NCBI GenBank assembly: GCA_016748015.1
Contig: JAAOMT010000128.1
Location: 1,805,538-1,869,537, forward strand
Reading direction: 5' to 3'
Source: Geosiphon pyriformis uo1
Taxonomy: Eukaryota > Fungi > Glomeromycota
DNA length: 64,000 bases
Positions 38,321-53,200 of this stretch are shown here, piece by piece. The position numbers and the translations under genes were made by a program. The notes beneath the pieces are model-generated. The model was not told the origin of the DNA. It saw nothing but the letters and a program-made list of their open reading frames with translations, and did not search any database. Positions within the stretch are counted from its first letter, which is position 1, and every line of letters begins with the position of its first letter.

Positions 38321-40092
38321 GTTTATCCTTTATTCTGTTTGGATCGAGTCCTCTCCTTGTTTTTTTGAATGATTCCATTTATAAATATATATGTGCAATG
38401 TACTATATTACTCAAATTACTCAATAACGTTGTCAATTTTGTGCAGTTTTGTAATCTTTTAACACAATGCTTCGTACGCACAAACTCTTTTAGTACAAGA
38501 AAGTAGGGCTTAGTTATAGAAAACCATTAACTATTAAAGTGTAAGGCTTATTTAAAATAAGCTCGAGCCAGTTTTTTTTTTTAAACAAATCTCCTTTTTA
38601 AATGAAATTTGGAAAGTAAAATCTATTTAGAGAATAATTTTGGTGGAAGATTATCCAGACTACCTAGAATGAGATTTTGCAACACGAATGAATGCAATGT
38701 GACTGTTTGTGTCTTTGTATTTTGCGTAAAAAAGTTTCTGAAAAAAATTAAAATTAAAATTAAAACTCTTTTTTATGAAAATTTTTGCTAAATTTAAAAT
38801 GTCCCTTTGGCATTAGAACTCCAATTGAAAATAAGATTTTTTTAAGGATGAAAATTAAGCAAAAGCATAATTTAAACATATTTTACTTATTCTCCTGAAA
38901 TTCTTGACTCAAAATTAAAACAGAGAGATAATAAATAAAAATTTCTTGAGATAAAATCCGTTTATAAATGTCAACAAAATAAAATAAAGATTTTAACCTG
39001 AATAAGAATTTTCGCAATTACATTTTTGGTCATCTTCAACCTTAAAAAGAATGTTCCATTAAAATTCTTGGTGAATGTTGATCTAAAGGCAAAATTTTCT
39101 TTCACTAAAAATCCCAATTTTAATTAAGAATATTTTTAGCGTGATAGAAAAATAGGTTTAATGTTTTATGAAAATAATGTCAATAAGAAATATAATAATT
39201 GGAAAAAAATCTAATGACTCACCTAACAAATAAAGCAAAAGCTACAATATATAAAAATATTTATTGACAATGCCTAAAAAATTATGAAAAGTTTGCCATG
39301 ATAAAATTCTATTTTTCAATGTTTTTTATCTGAAATCAATTAGTTTGGTATCAAAAGTTTTTTATTATAAAAATACCAAGTATTCAACATGCATTAAAAT
39401 TAAAAAAAAAAAACTATTTTTTAAGATTTTATTTTTAATGTTTTTTATTTAATGATAATAATTTTTTTAAAATTTAATTTTTAATATAAATAAAACCAAT
39501 GAGTTTAGTATTAAAATTAAAAAAAAACCCTTCCTCTTCCCTTTTTTTTGATAAATAGTTATAACTCTTTATAAAAAAATAATCATAACCAATTGTGATT
39601 AAAAATAATATTATAATTAATTAGAATCTTGTAAAAAAAATACTGTAATTAATTATAATTAAATTATAATCAATTATAATATTATTAAAAATATCACATA
39701 TTTTAAATACATATATAAAATTAAATTATTTAAGTTATATAATTTTTTTAAATAAAAATACATATTATTAATAAATAAAATTATTCTTTAAATTTAAAAA
39801 TAACATAGTTAAAGACAATTTTTCAATAAATTTGCAATTCATGTAATGTCTAATTATAACTAAAAATAACATTTTAATAAGTTATAACCAATATAATACT
39901 TAATTCTTACATGATTAGAACTTCAAATCATATATTCACAATTTTAACTTTAATTCTAGCATGATTATAATTCCAAATTATATAATTTTATTGAATTGGA
40001 TTATTCATATTTCTCATTTCATCTTTTTTTATAATGCACAATTCATTTTAGAAAATTAGTAATCTTTGGAGCATAATTGACCCATCAAATGG

Positions 40093-40146
40093 TTCATTCA
40101 TTCATTCATTCGTTCGTTCGTTCGTTCGTTCGTTCGTTCATTCATT
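40093..40146. repeat. Compound (TTCA)n(TTCG)n microsatellite
   Basis: ttcattcattcattcattcgttcgttcg...ttcattca. Confidence 0.9.
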
Positions 40147-42323
40147 TTCTATAATATAAATTGGTCAAGAGTCAATGGCTTAAAGCTAGTAAAAGGGCCA
40201 GATAAAATTTTCACAGTTTTATTTAAAATCGAAAATCAGATCGGTTTTTATAAACGTAACTTTATGCATTTAATTTTGTGTATAAATTTCAATTAGATAC
40301 AGATTTAAAATAGATAAACCTCTTTTCCATCCAAAATAGTGGAATGTTTAAAACTCAAGAAAAAACAAACCCCTGTGAAAAATTTTATACACTTAATTTC
40401 ATAAACTTATTTGTCTCATTGTATTCCATTCCGTTCCATTTCATTTTCTCTCAAGCAAGGATGAGGCGTCACATTGATTTGATAGTTCCGGATTTAGAGT
40501 CATTTTAAGGAATTCGGTATTGGTAACTTTATATTTCTAATTCTGCTTAATTCCAAATTTCTTGATTGTGCTGCTTGCTTCGTGTGTTGTGAGACAATCG
40601 AGCAGTAGCCCTTATTGGATTAAACACTAATATATTTATATTGCTCTTCAAGCCCTTTTTGAGGATACCAAGCACGGCAACTTAAGAAACTACAAATTTG
40701 TATGACCCTGAATGAAACTTTCTGCAAGTAGCCTTCGAATCTCAATAATAGTCAATACAGGAATTCGGGCAGAGGACAGAGCTTTTTTATTACGGTTGCC
40801 CAAATTCCAAGGTTAGCTCTTATTTTGAGGGTGATTCCGAAATTGGGATCTTGTCATCTTTGGTGCAGAAAACTGGGAAAGAAAAATCGCTTACATGATG
40901 ACATCATTGTTCCACAAATTATTCCTCGGCGATGCAAGTCCAAGTGTAAAATAGTCACAGTCAGAAAATTTGCTTTCCAGTCTGTAATTTGAGCATGATT
41001 CAGCAGATTATCACCTTAGACCACCAAAATCTATAATTATCCATGTTTGTCGCTTTTGGATTTTACAAATTAATTAATTAATTAATTAATACAAATTTTA
41101 CCACAATTTAATTTTTGGTTCCCCAATTTTTGTAATAGGTTTCCTTAATTGTTTTATGATGTGCCGTGAAATAATGTAGAATTAATAATTAATCATGAAC
41201 ATGCAGATTTGCCTTACAAAAGGAAAACCAAGAAAACCATTTTTGGCTCACTATTCCCGATTATAATAGTCTTGAGAAAATAGATGTGATCTTAATTGCT
41301 ATTCTCCTTACCATCCCCATCAAAAGGTGTCGATAATTCAATAATTTTTTATTAAAATACCGGAATTCGACTGGCTTCCTACCAATTGAAGGAAAGGTGT
41401 TTTGAACTTTATTAATGGTTCTTATAATACTACTAAAAGTCAAACGTGAAACTTTGTGTTATAAAAGCCTATCCTTTGAATAAAGGGAGTTACGCAATGT
41501 ATACCGGTTTTTCGCTTGAGAATCCTGAAAAGGATAACTGACCAATAATCATGTTATACTTTCGTTGGTTAATTTAAACCATTTTATTCGGTTTTCCGAT
41601 AAACTTTAAAATTTTGTTCCCAAGATCCAAACTTTAAAATAGCAATGATCATTCATGAAAGGCAAGATGACCTTTCCGGGCTTTGATTATAGCCTACGAT
41701 CCAAAGAGAATTCCCCAAAAATTTAAAGTTTATGGCCTAAATATTCCCACCCAACAATAAAAAGGGTACTGCTGTTTTCTGGACGCACCTTCAAAAAAGC
41801 AAATTGAGTAATAAGGAGGAAATAGATTGTCTATTTTCAATAGGTCTTAAATTGTTTTTGATCTTTAATTAGAAAAACATAATAGTATAATTACAGAAAT
41901 ATTTTGAAAATCCTAAAAAATTGATTATATATTAGAGTTTCCTGAACTTAAAACCTTCTGCCATTTTCGATTTCGATGAACGAACAAAGTTTAAAAAAAT
42001 CAAAAACTATAGACTGCAAGAAAATTAAATTACTTCTATCGCTCGGAAGATCGAAAGTTTAAAAACCTGGATTTTTGGCTGTTCTCCATACAAAGTGAAT
42101 TAGGAAAGGAAAAACGACAATTTAAAATGCTGTTTCTTCCTTTCTATATCTGTTAATTTTTCATCAGCAAATGACCATTATATTCTCGCTTCTAATCATG
42201 TACTTTATGATAATTCTGATGATCCAGAATCCTGGAATTTTTCTAATAATGACAAAAATGGTTTCAAAAGCTTAATCTTTGTAACAATATGTACAAAGAG
42301 CTATCGGGTGAATTAGGGCCTAG

Positions 42324-42410
42324 CAAAAGATATGACATTATTTATCTAAAAATCTTTTGCTTTTACTTCGTGATGACGACGATGATGATGTTATTGTTGT
42401 TGTTATTGTT

Positions 42411-42449
<39 letters not shown>

Positions 42450-42575
42450 GCTGTTGTTGATTTGATACCATTATAGGCATAATGATACAGAAAACCGTCA
42501 TATAAATCAAATCCATTTTCTTGACTCGACCAAAAGATGTGACATTATTTATCTAAAAATCTTTTGCTTTTACTT
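42324..42575. repeat. 45-bp direct repeat (42324-42368, 42531-42575) enclosing a (GAT)n/(GTT)n microsatellite
   Basis: caaaagat(a/g)tgacattatttatctaaaaatcttttgcttttactt occurs twice with one mismatch. The GTT run is at ~42390-42459. Confidence 0.9.
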
Positions 42576-42583
42576 TCAGATAG

Positions 42584-44129
42584 ATGAAACTTGCAAATCC
42601 TAGATTTCGAGACATATTCCAAAAACCAATGATTGGAAATCTTTATTATTCCTCGATAAAAACCAGTTAGTATCAATAGAAACTAGGTAAATTTTGCCTA
42701 AAGTTAATCGATTCTTTTTTAATTTTTAAATAAATGGTTGATAGTTTCCCAGGCATGGGCTGGAGAAACGGCCATTATAACTGGTGGGACACGAGGAATT
42801 GGACTCGCGATTGCAAAGGATTTCACAAAAAATGGAGTTCGGTGTGTGATCATCGGAAGAAATTCTGAAGTGGTGAGGCAAACTGTTGAGAGTCTTTCTC
42901 TAGACTCTAAAGAAACTCAAGATAAAGGAGATTTGAGAAATCATTTAGGATTAGTGTGTGATGTGAGCAATCAAAAAGATGTTGAGAATGTTTCCAAGGT
43001 ATTTTGGAAAAATTTTCATCCCACCAAAGGTTTTGTCCTTATTTTTTTTTTAAACTGAAAATCAAAATCGAGGAATTCGGGAAACTGGGTCAAATAAATT
43101 ATCTGATAAATTCTGCTGGTAAGATCGACAAAATTATCCTTTTTCTGAATTTTTTAAAAAGCAATGTTCACCCTTTTGATTCACTAATTACTTTTCATAT
43201 CCCCTGAATTTTGACTTTCTTGCAAAGGTATCTCTCGAGATGGATTGATAATACGGATCCCAAACAAGGACATTGAAGACACCATCAATGTAAACTTGCT
43301 CGGAACTATTTATATGTGCCGTCATGTCGCCAAGATCATGATCAGACAAAAAGAAGGTAGCTCACTTTATTTTTCATAGTAAAAGTTTAGTCCCAAAAAA
43401 GATCGAGACTCACTATATTTTCACCTTCAGGTTGCATCATCAATATTTCAAGCCAAATTGGATCACATGGAAATATAGGGCAATCCATATATGGTGCTTC
43501 AAAAGCCGGGATAGTCGGTTAATATTTATTTTAATATTTTTTGAGAATAATTTTTAAATTTTTCCAGAATTATGTACTGTACATGGATTCAAAAATGATC
43601 TCAGGGTTCTCCAAATCTCTTGCTAAAGAACTTGCTCCACGAAATATACGAGTGAATGTGATTGCTCCTGGATTTATCGAAACAGATATGACTTTGGGTA
43701 CTATCACAGATTTCGAAAACCCTGATATTTCTTTGTTATTGTAAAGTTGCTCTATTTTTTTTTGAATAGGTATATCAAAAAAAAACCGTGATGAAATATT
43801 GTCAAAAACCTTGTTGAAAAGGTTTGGGAAGCCTGAGGTATTTACTATACTATCTCGCCTGGAACTGCACAAAAATATAGTTTTTGATATATGTTGACAA
43901 TTTTATTCTGAAATTTTATTTTAAAATTTTTATTGAAAGGATGTTTCTCAAGCAGTGATGTACCTTGCAAAGGCAAATTTCGTGACAGGACAGGTAAATG
44001 AAAATTTTTCATCAGAATTAATTGTAAGATTAGTTGGTGAAAACTTGGGGAAAATGTTTGAAATTGAAATTGAAAGTGAGATTTTTGCTTTTTCAGACAT
44101 TAATAGTCGATGGAGGCTTGTTCATGTGA
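42584..44129 (+). CDS. Short-chain dehydrogenase/reductase, 3-oxoacyl-ACP reductase (FabG/CBR4-like), multi-exon
   Basis: [12 protein letters not shown] (TGxxxGIG), [38 protein letters not shown] (YxxxK), [31 protein letters not shown]. Exon 1 (42584-42665) is inferred from splice phase. Confidence 0.9.
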
Positions 44130-46377
44130 AAAAGCTGGAGGATAGTAAATTGGGATTTGTGAGTATTTTGCTTTTCTATATAATGCAAAAATTAATCACC
44201 AAAGTAAAATAATTAAATTCTTAACTTGAGAAATCAAATTATCGAAGGAAAATTCAGAACTAGCCGCAGTATTCTGATATTTCTGTGAAAAAGGTCAAAA
44301 TTTCAAAATTTCTCTAATTTGCTTGAAAATTTAAACTTCAATACAATCAAAATTTGCAATAATGGTATATATTCAATAAGATTCAAGTACAGTATTTTTT
44401 TTTGGGATTTAATTTTCACAAATATTTAATGTTTTTTTCATATGATAAATATTGACATTTTTTGCCGGAACTTAATATTCATCCAGAATCTTAAAGAATG
44501 AATTAGAAAATTTTAGCCTCAATGGTTTGTGTGATGACTTTTTCAAGTAGCCAAAGAATTGAAGAAATCAAAGCGTGAAATTTATCTCAATCTTTGAATA
44601 CTAAACAATTTCGAATTCAAGTTATTTTCAAAAGTTTCTTCAGCAGCTAGGATATGATTCCTTTATTTTGAAAAATATTATTATACTGAAAAATTCCATG
44701 ATATTATTGATATCATGGGAAATTAAAACTGTTTTGGCCCAAATTAAGTTATCAAATACTAAAATTATCCGAAATTGTTTCAATTTAATTCTATACCTGA
44801 TCATTTTAATGACCACGAGAGCCTTTACACGCTTTTTCTTCTCTTTTTCGGTTTCTTACTCGTGTGGGATGTGGTAATGTGGTAATGTGGGGTGAGGTTT
44901 TATTTGAAATGCAGGGACAATCCAAGGATCTTCACTTGTATAAAATCTCGTGACTCAGAACCCCGGAAAGGATTAGGTTTTAGAACTTGTGTCATAAAAA
45001 CTATCTCACAATATGCATATCACGTGGCGTTAGTCTAGTATATATCGAATTCTATTGGAAGATAAAAAGTTTTAATCAACATCTTAGCAAAAGATGAAAA
45101 AAAATTCTGCGTCCAGATCCTCATTTTTTACAATCTATCTTACAAAACCATGATTTCATAGGAGGAAACCAAAGATACGATAACTCGCCCCAAACGCCTT
45201 TATCTCACCAAACAAGTTATCACGAGAACAAATATAAACAAAGAAGCAATCTATCTTTGAGGTTTTGGAACCATTGAATTTTTTTCTACATTGTTCTCAA
45301 TTTCCCCGCATTTTTCTTTTTACTTTCCCACACAGGCTGGAAAGCCATCCACATGGATCAATAACATAATCAAGATCCATAAGAGTGCAAGAAAGGTTGT
45401 GAACTAATTTTTTGAAAGAGTCTAACATTGTCAACTACACCTTTTGCAAGTTACAGAAAAAATAAAAATAAAAAGAAGCTTCATCTCAAAAATTTTTATT
45501 ACCAGTTATACCATCCAAGAAAGTATTTCAAATATTTTTATTATGACGGTTTGTTATTGAGCTTCTATTTGATTTATCGAGTTCTTTTCACACACTCATC
45601 CTTCTTACATCATAAGGATGATGGGATAAAATAGGTTCCTCCCTGAAAGTAATTTATCCAATTTCAGCAAAGCTTACCATCAGTAACAATGATGGGGAAA
45701 CACAGAATTTTAGCCCAAGAGATTTGCGTAGAACCTGTTTTGCTAATGCTGCTGACAGGAGAGAATTCCTAAATCTCTTATCACTCATTCTTACAAATAT
45801 ATACGTATGACAACAAAAATAACAAAGAATTATGTTTAGAGAAATGTCAAAAATGGACAGCTGCAGTGCGGGGAAAGAGTGTAAAAGAGGTGAAAAGGAT
45901 AGCCTATTCCAGATTATTAAATATGTTATTCATCATATGGCCCATTATGGTCGAACTGTGTGGTTAACCCCTTTCGAATTCATGTTATGGTATCATATCA
46001 TGATTTTCATAGCATATTTTTCAAGGAGTGGAAGAACTGAAATAGGCAATGCAAAAGGTCTTGAGACCTTTGGTGTGTGAATACGTGATGGCCGACCATT
46101 CTTTTACATAATCTCGAATGATTTTTAGTTCAGAGTCAAGTATGAAGTCAGGTTCACGCAAGAAGTTGTTTCATAGTCTATATTCCTTATCGCCAATTAC
46201 TTCTTTCGTCAGAGCTAAAGGGGCTATAGATTAAGATTTTTATGATGGGGAACATTTGTAATACCATTGAGAAATTATATATATCTATGCGTTTTTTTAT
46301 ATTTTCTCAATTATTTTTAAGAAAGCTAATAATTTCAATTGGAAGACAAATCTAAAAAATTTCACAAAAAAAAAACT

Positions 46378-47519
46378 ATGCCAAATTGTTCAACATATTA
46401 TTCGAAATATCAAAATGATTTCCCATCACATACAAGTTGTTCTTTTAAAGATATCATCGAAACCCCTTCATACCCAGAATCTTCAGCTCATTTATTTTTA
46501 ATTACGATGTGGTTGAGTTTGGCTATGTTTATAGGTGCTACCGTGTTAGCTTTGCGTTTGCTGGACAAACAAGGAATGATAAATTGGAATGTTTTGTTCA
46601 AGGAACCGCATGAAAGCAAAGAAGTCAAAAATACTAAGACTGATGGTGACTCTATTATCATTGAAAAAAAGTCGATAAAAATGGTGGACAGGAAAAACGG
46701 TTGCATAGTTCTGAATGTTGGTGGTCTAAAGGTATACCATCTCTTTGTTGAATTCTTGATTGAATTTTTTACCCTTCGACCTTGAAAGGATTTTTTAGAA
46801 CTGGAATTTTATATTTTATCTTAAAATCCAAATAGTACGTTACTTTACGGTCAACATTAACCTCCCAACCAGATACATTACTCGGGACCATGTTCCAAGA
46901 AAGAAATGAAGAATTGTTGCATCCAGTCAACGGAAACGAATACTTTATCGATCGAAATGGTCTTGCATTTCATTATATTCTCGAATATTATCGCACAGGG
47001 AAAATAATGTGGCCAGATCACTCACACCCTGGTGAACTTTTGGTTCCAAAGATAACGCGGGAAGAACTCGAACAAGAAATTGACTACTTTCAAATTCCAG
47101 TCCCCATTTCAGATCTACCACAAGCACACAAATCTGCTGCAATCTTATTGGACGAATTCATAATCGCATTGAGAGATTTAGCTTATCAACCGGCTGCACG
47201 ATTCCATAATGATTTTGAACTCGTTTTCTATCGAGATGGATCAGTTCCGAGTGTTACACCACGTCTGGAGGGAAATGCGTTTTTTAGTTTGCAACGCCGC
47301 TTCAAATTTGAAGGTTTTCGGATGCTGGAGATGTTTGGTGATGAAATCGGTGTGTATTTGAAAACTGTTGTTCCCAGCTTGTCTTGGAAACTTCAGGCGG
47401 CTAGTGCCTATGATGGTCGAAACATTGCCGGTTGGCGAGTGACCATGTCTACTAGACCATTAGATCGACTGACCGTCCTCAGTAATTCTTGTCTTGTCCA
47501 AGATAAGTTTATTCCTTGA
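46378..47519 (+). CDS. KCTD/T1-type BTB/POZ protein with a predicted N-terminal transmembrane helix (exons 46378-46731, 46836-47519)
   Basis: IVLNVGGLK|YVTLRSTLTSQPDTLLGTMF...EYFIDRNGLAFHYILEYYRTGKI...ELEQEIDYFQI. A hydrophobic stretch LFLITMWLSLAMFIGATVLAL lies upstream. Confidence 0.88.
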
Positions 47520-50258
47520 TAGAAAACAAATCCGAAATTTAACCTTTGAAAACACTTGGCTTCCAGTCGGGTTTTATCAATTTTTATCACAAAATTTTTT
47601 CTGTTCCCCGAAATTGTCAATCATATAGACATTCTTTAAAATATCATCTAGAATTTTATTATTTGATTTTAATTGTCTTGAATTCCAAAGAATTGAAATT
47701 CAGCGGTCAGGTTTTGCAATAATTCAAAATTTAACTTCGGGCTAAACATAAAACAATTTCCCAGGCCTAGAATTTCATAGGTGTGACACATTAAATTTTT
47801 GAATCGAAGTTTTCGTTTTAGGTTCGTTATTTTAATCGAAAATCTTGAATAAATTCGAATCTTCTCTTGTAGAAATTTACGGTATAATCAAAACCGACTT
47901 TTCTGCAACATTTTGTAAATAAGTTTCCTATTACATAAAATATTCTCACTACTTTGCGTTAAACCCGTAATTTCCAAACTAGGAATCCTTAGAATTGATA
48001 GTTTCGCTTTTTTAGGGTGATTAAAAAGGGCATTAGACATATTATGTAATAAATTTTTCTTATTTAAAAATTTTATTTTCGTTATTTTTGACTAATATTT
48101 TAATTGTCTAATTGTTTAAAAAAAATCATTTTTTGCACATTTTCATGTGTATGCAGGTTTAAAAAAATTGGGGTTTACACAATTTTTAAACACAAAGAAA
48201 AATTTTAATATCAATAATATAATATCTATAAAAAATAAATTTATTTGTTTTATTAAGTGTACTTTTTTTACAAATATAAATTACACACTTTTTACATTTA
48301 ATTAATTAGTTAAACCAATTAAAATTATTCTATAACAATGTATTTTCTGGAACTTAATATGTTATATATACTTTTGTTTTAAAAATTTTATTTTTATTTT
48401 TTTAAGTCAAAATGGCAATTTTATTTTAGACAATACATACTATTTTGTTTGTTATATTCATAAAGCTGCTAATTGTACTTATTGACAAGTAAAATAATAA
48501 TAATAATAATAATATTTAAATAAAGATTTAATAAACAATATAGATTAACAAAAAACAGTTTTGGTTTAACATCTAAATTTGTATATAAAAACCAAATTTA
48601 TTAACTAATTTACATACTTATATTTTAAAAGTTTTATATTGTAAATTATCTGTTGCTAAACAAAAAAAAACTTAAGTTTATTTGTATTTAAATATAAAAA
48701 AACTAAATTATTAGATTACATATTTATTTATACAATTATTAAAATAAATATTGTTTTTAATACACAAAAATAAATATTGTTAATCAGTAAAAAACTTTGA
48801 TTAATACTTACATATTATTATTATTATTATTATATTATTTTATATTATATTTTTTCAAATTAAAAATAATTAATTTATTGTTTTTATTATAATATTAAAT
48901 AAATAAAAATTATTATATTGCTTAAAAATATTGTTTTTATAATCTTGTTTTATTAAAATTAATAAATTTATTATTATTAAATAGTAATATAAATATTTAA
49001 TATAGTTTTAATTAATTTAAATAACTAGTTATATGTAATAATTTTTACATATTAATTTTTATTATATAATTTTAAATAATAATTAAATTATATTTTATTA
49101 AAATATAAAAAATTATTATTATTATTATTATTAACATAATAATTTAATAAAATTATATATTATCAAGAAAATAGCTTTTTATTTATTTATTTATTTTTTT
49201 TACTTATTTTCTTCAATATATCTTTTTTTGTATTAATAAAACCAGTAGATTCTTCTATTAGTGGTTTTAATTTGGCTAATTTAAAAATTTACTTAAGTAT
49301 TAAAAAAAAACATATAGAAAATATCTATTTTTACAGTGTATTTTACAAAAAATCAAAGAAATTTAATATTAATAATAGTATAATTGACTTGTTTGCTGGC
49401 TTTTTAAGATTAAAAAATATTAATAGTTCTGATAAAAAGTTTTTAATATCTTGAAAAAACAAATTGGTAACAAAGCTAATAGTATTAATAGTTTGTTAAA
49501 TATAGAAAATATAAAGAATATAATTATCAAAAAAACCAGTTATATGAATTTAAATGCTTTAATAATTGATAAAAATATAAATAATACCATATTATAGAAG
49601 ACTTATATTCAAACATATATGTTAAATCATCTACTAAAAACTTTTTTGTTTGTTAGTCTAAGCAATAATAACAACATTTTAGTATTTTTGTTTCCTAAGT
49701 TTATTGGCTTTAGACAATTATTATTGATTAAATTATATGTTTCAGAAAAATAAAGTTTCAATTTAGTAAAATTTTTTATACTGGATATTGAATTTTTTAT
49801 ATTTGAATTAAGTTTAAAAAAGACTAAAAATATGACAATCTGTAAAAAAATTTTGGTTAATAATAATATTAAAAAAATGAATAATTATACAGATTAGAAA
49901 GTAATAATTAAAAAAATTTTGGTTAATCTTCTAAAATTGGTTATAGAATTAATGTTTTCTAAGTTTAATAAAATTGTATCTATTAAAATACAGCTTATTA
50001 GTTTTTGACAAAAAGCTTTAGTTAAATTTAAATCTGTTAATATTGCTAATTTAATTACAGCTAAATAATTAGTTTTTATAAAAAAAAATTTTGTTTATAT
50101 AACAAAGGCTATTAATAATAAACAAATATAGATATTAAAAAATTAATATTAAGCATTACTATATACTTTATTAATTGGTACTACTGTTTATAATCTCTCT
50201 AAAATATTGATATTATATAGTAAAAAAACTTGTTTTATTGACTGTAATCTAAGCATAT

Positions 50259-53200
50259 TATTATTCAAATAGAAAAACCAATCCAAAAATATTGAAAAAA
50301 AAGTGATTAAAAACATGATAACTTAGAAAAAACGTAATAATATAAAATAACACAGAATAATACATAATAACTTAAGATAATATAAAATAGTACACAATAA
50401 TATTAAATAATTAGTCATAACATAAGATAATTAATTATAGTATAAAAAACAAAACAACAACAGAAATAGCAAGCAATAGTTAATAATAACAAATAATTAA
50501 AAACAATCTTGTAAAATTAAAAATATGTATAAAAATGAGTAGTTTTAACAGAAAAAAAACAGTCAAAACAGACAAATAATTAGAAAAACAAATAAAAAAA
50601 TATATTTTTTTACTTATATTTATTAGATCTATCTTATTTATATATCTATATTATTTTAAATAAAAAAAATATTTAAAACCAAAAATTACTTATACATAAT
50701 TCACAAATTTGGTGTTTAAATCAAATTAATTATTTTCTTATCTTGTTTTTAGTCAAATGCTCTTAACATAAAACTGTCTTAAACAATAATAACTTAGATC
50801 AATTGTTCTTAATTATGATAATTAATAATACTAATTTTTTTATTTTTTTATTTTATTTTTATTTTTTACTTTTTTTTTATTTCTTTTTTTCTTGTGAAGT
50901 AATAACATTAAAAAATTAACTGTTTGAAAATAAATTTTGTAATAATTTGGTAAAAAAAAAAGTTTCTTTTAAAATTAGATATTAACATTATTTTGTTAGC
51001 TTATTAGAAAAGTGAAAAAACACTACTAGATTTTAGCAACTATACTCACTAGCTCAAAAAATATAGCTTACATATTTAAGTCACAAACAGCTAAACACTT
51101 TTTTGTGCTTTATAACCAAAAAACTTCACAAATAAAACTAGCAAAAATCTTTAAAAACTAATATTATTAACTCATTTCAAGTATCTATAAAAGACATTTC
51201 AAGTTTTTTTAACTAGATTTAGAACACTAAACATTATTACAATACTCTACCAACTTTACTTATAATATTTAGTGCTTTCTATAAGATTATAAAATTTACA
51301 GAAACAAAACATCCCAAAAATTCACAAAAGTGGCAACTATTGGAACAATAAGAAAAGATCACTTATTATATAAAAGAGCACTATTTTAATACTTTAGAGA
51401 AGACTTAGAAATACTACTAGAAACTGTTACTACAGAGAATAATTTTTATTACTATATATATACCAAAGTTGATTATTTATTAAGCTAAACAATAAACATA
51501 AGAAAACTCAGAAAACAAATTTATTAAAAATTACTAACATATTTAACTTTAACTATTATTTAGACAATAATTGAGACTTTTCTAATAATTAATCAAAAAA
51601 TCCAGAAATATACTTAAAAATAATATCTTTAAGTAAAAAAAAATGACTATTAAGATCCAATTCCAAAGAATTCAAGTCTAAATTCGAAAATACACAAGCC
51701 ATTCAAAAAAGAGCTTGACTTATAGTCAACAAAAAATCAAGATTTTTCTTACCAATTACTTTTTCATACTACTAGACACCAAAAAGTAGAATTCTGCTTA
51801 ATTAATCCACCAAAACACAATTAAAAACTCTAAAAACTTTTAAAACTCTGTATTTTTAAAACTATAACAAAAATTTCTAGACCAAATTCTTAGAAAAATA
51901 CAAATTATTGTTTAAAAATCTTATATTGGCAACCAATAAACTTAGCAGAAACTTTTTTTTTTGAGCACAATTATTAATATTATTTCTAAACAAATTAATT
52001 ACTACACTCTTAAGTAAAACAGCTATCTTATAATTTATTGGCTATATTAACAAAAAAAAACAAATAGCTATAAACTCAACAAAACAATTAGACATACTTT
52101 TGTCAATATTTTTTTTGTCAACAATCAAACCAATTCTTATTGCTAAATTATGACTTATTAAAACATCACCAGACTGGAAAATTTTTTTGGAAAAGAAAAA
52201 AACACATATACTTAGATTGTAAAAGCTAAAAAAGCAATTAAAACCAATAATTAGGATGAGATCAAAACAATTCAAGTTTTATCATTTTTTTTAACAGGAA
52301 CTGCAAATTTATAATACCAAAGTTTTAAGAAAAACCAAACAACTTTGCTGCTTTTAAACTTACTTTTCTATAATACTTTTATAACTTTAATATGCTTATC
52401 AGACTACAAAATTAGTTTAATATAATAAAACAGAAAAATTATGAAGTAGTAATTACTTATTTTAGGTAATTTAATCAAATTTTTTACCAAATTCAGACCA
52501 TTAAAAGAAACTATTATATACTAAAACAAACTTTTAACCAATTTATTAAAGAATTAATGAGTAATATCTTTTAATCCATTAAATTTTGCTACTTTAATAG
52601 CTTATAAAAGACTGTAATACTTGTTTGTAACTTTAAATTAGCAAAGCAAAAAGCCAATTATACTCAAGCTATCAACTTAATTATAAACAAAACATCAAAT
52701 ATCAATGCCAAGTTTATCCAATTAAGTAAAAAATTGACTTAAAAAATTAAGAGATTTTTAGCAGAAAACTCTGGAATTTATTAACTATTACAATATAAAA
52801 ACAACTCCAGCAATTATTAACAACAGCAAAATTAATAACAACAATCTTAAAAATCAGATTTTTATAATTATTACTATTATCAGAAATTTAGACATATTAC
52901 AAAAAATTGTAAAAAAAAATTAGCCAATTAAAACTAAAAAAATCAATATTAATTACAATTAAGAATCTCAAAATCATAAGATTATAATATTTTTCACTAC
53001 AATATTCACAACTACAGTATTTACCTTAACCTTTTTCAACTTACTATCAATCTTTACAAACAATAGCACAGATAACATCTTAGTACTAAGCTTTAATATA
53101 TAATAATTCCAAATCTCAAGTTATTGACTATAATCAAGAGTGGCAAAACAACAATAAACATTAAATACAACTTAATAATAGACTATTTTGTTTAGCAAAT

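Noticed and set aside
38227-38427. Poly-tyrosine ORF
   Set aside because: It is the translation of the TAT microsatellite, with a non-ATG start.
45428-46080. Two short ORFs upstream of the BTB gene
   Set aside because: No recognisable domain or convincing splice structure; they cannot be supported without expression data.
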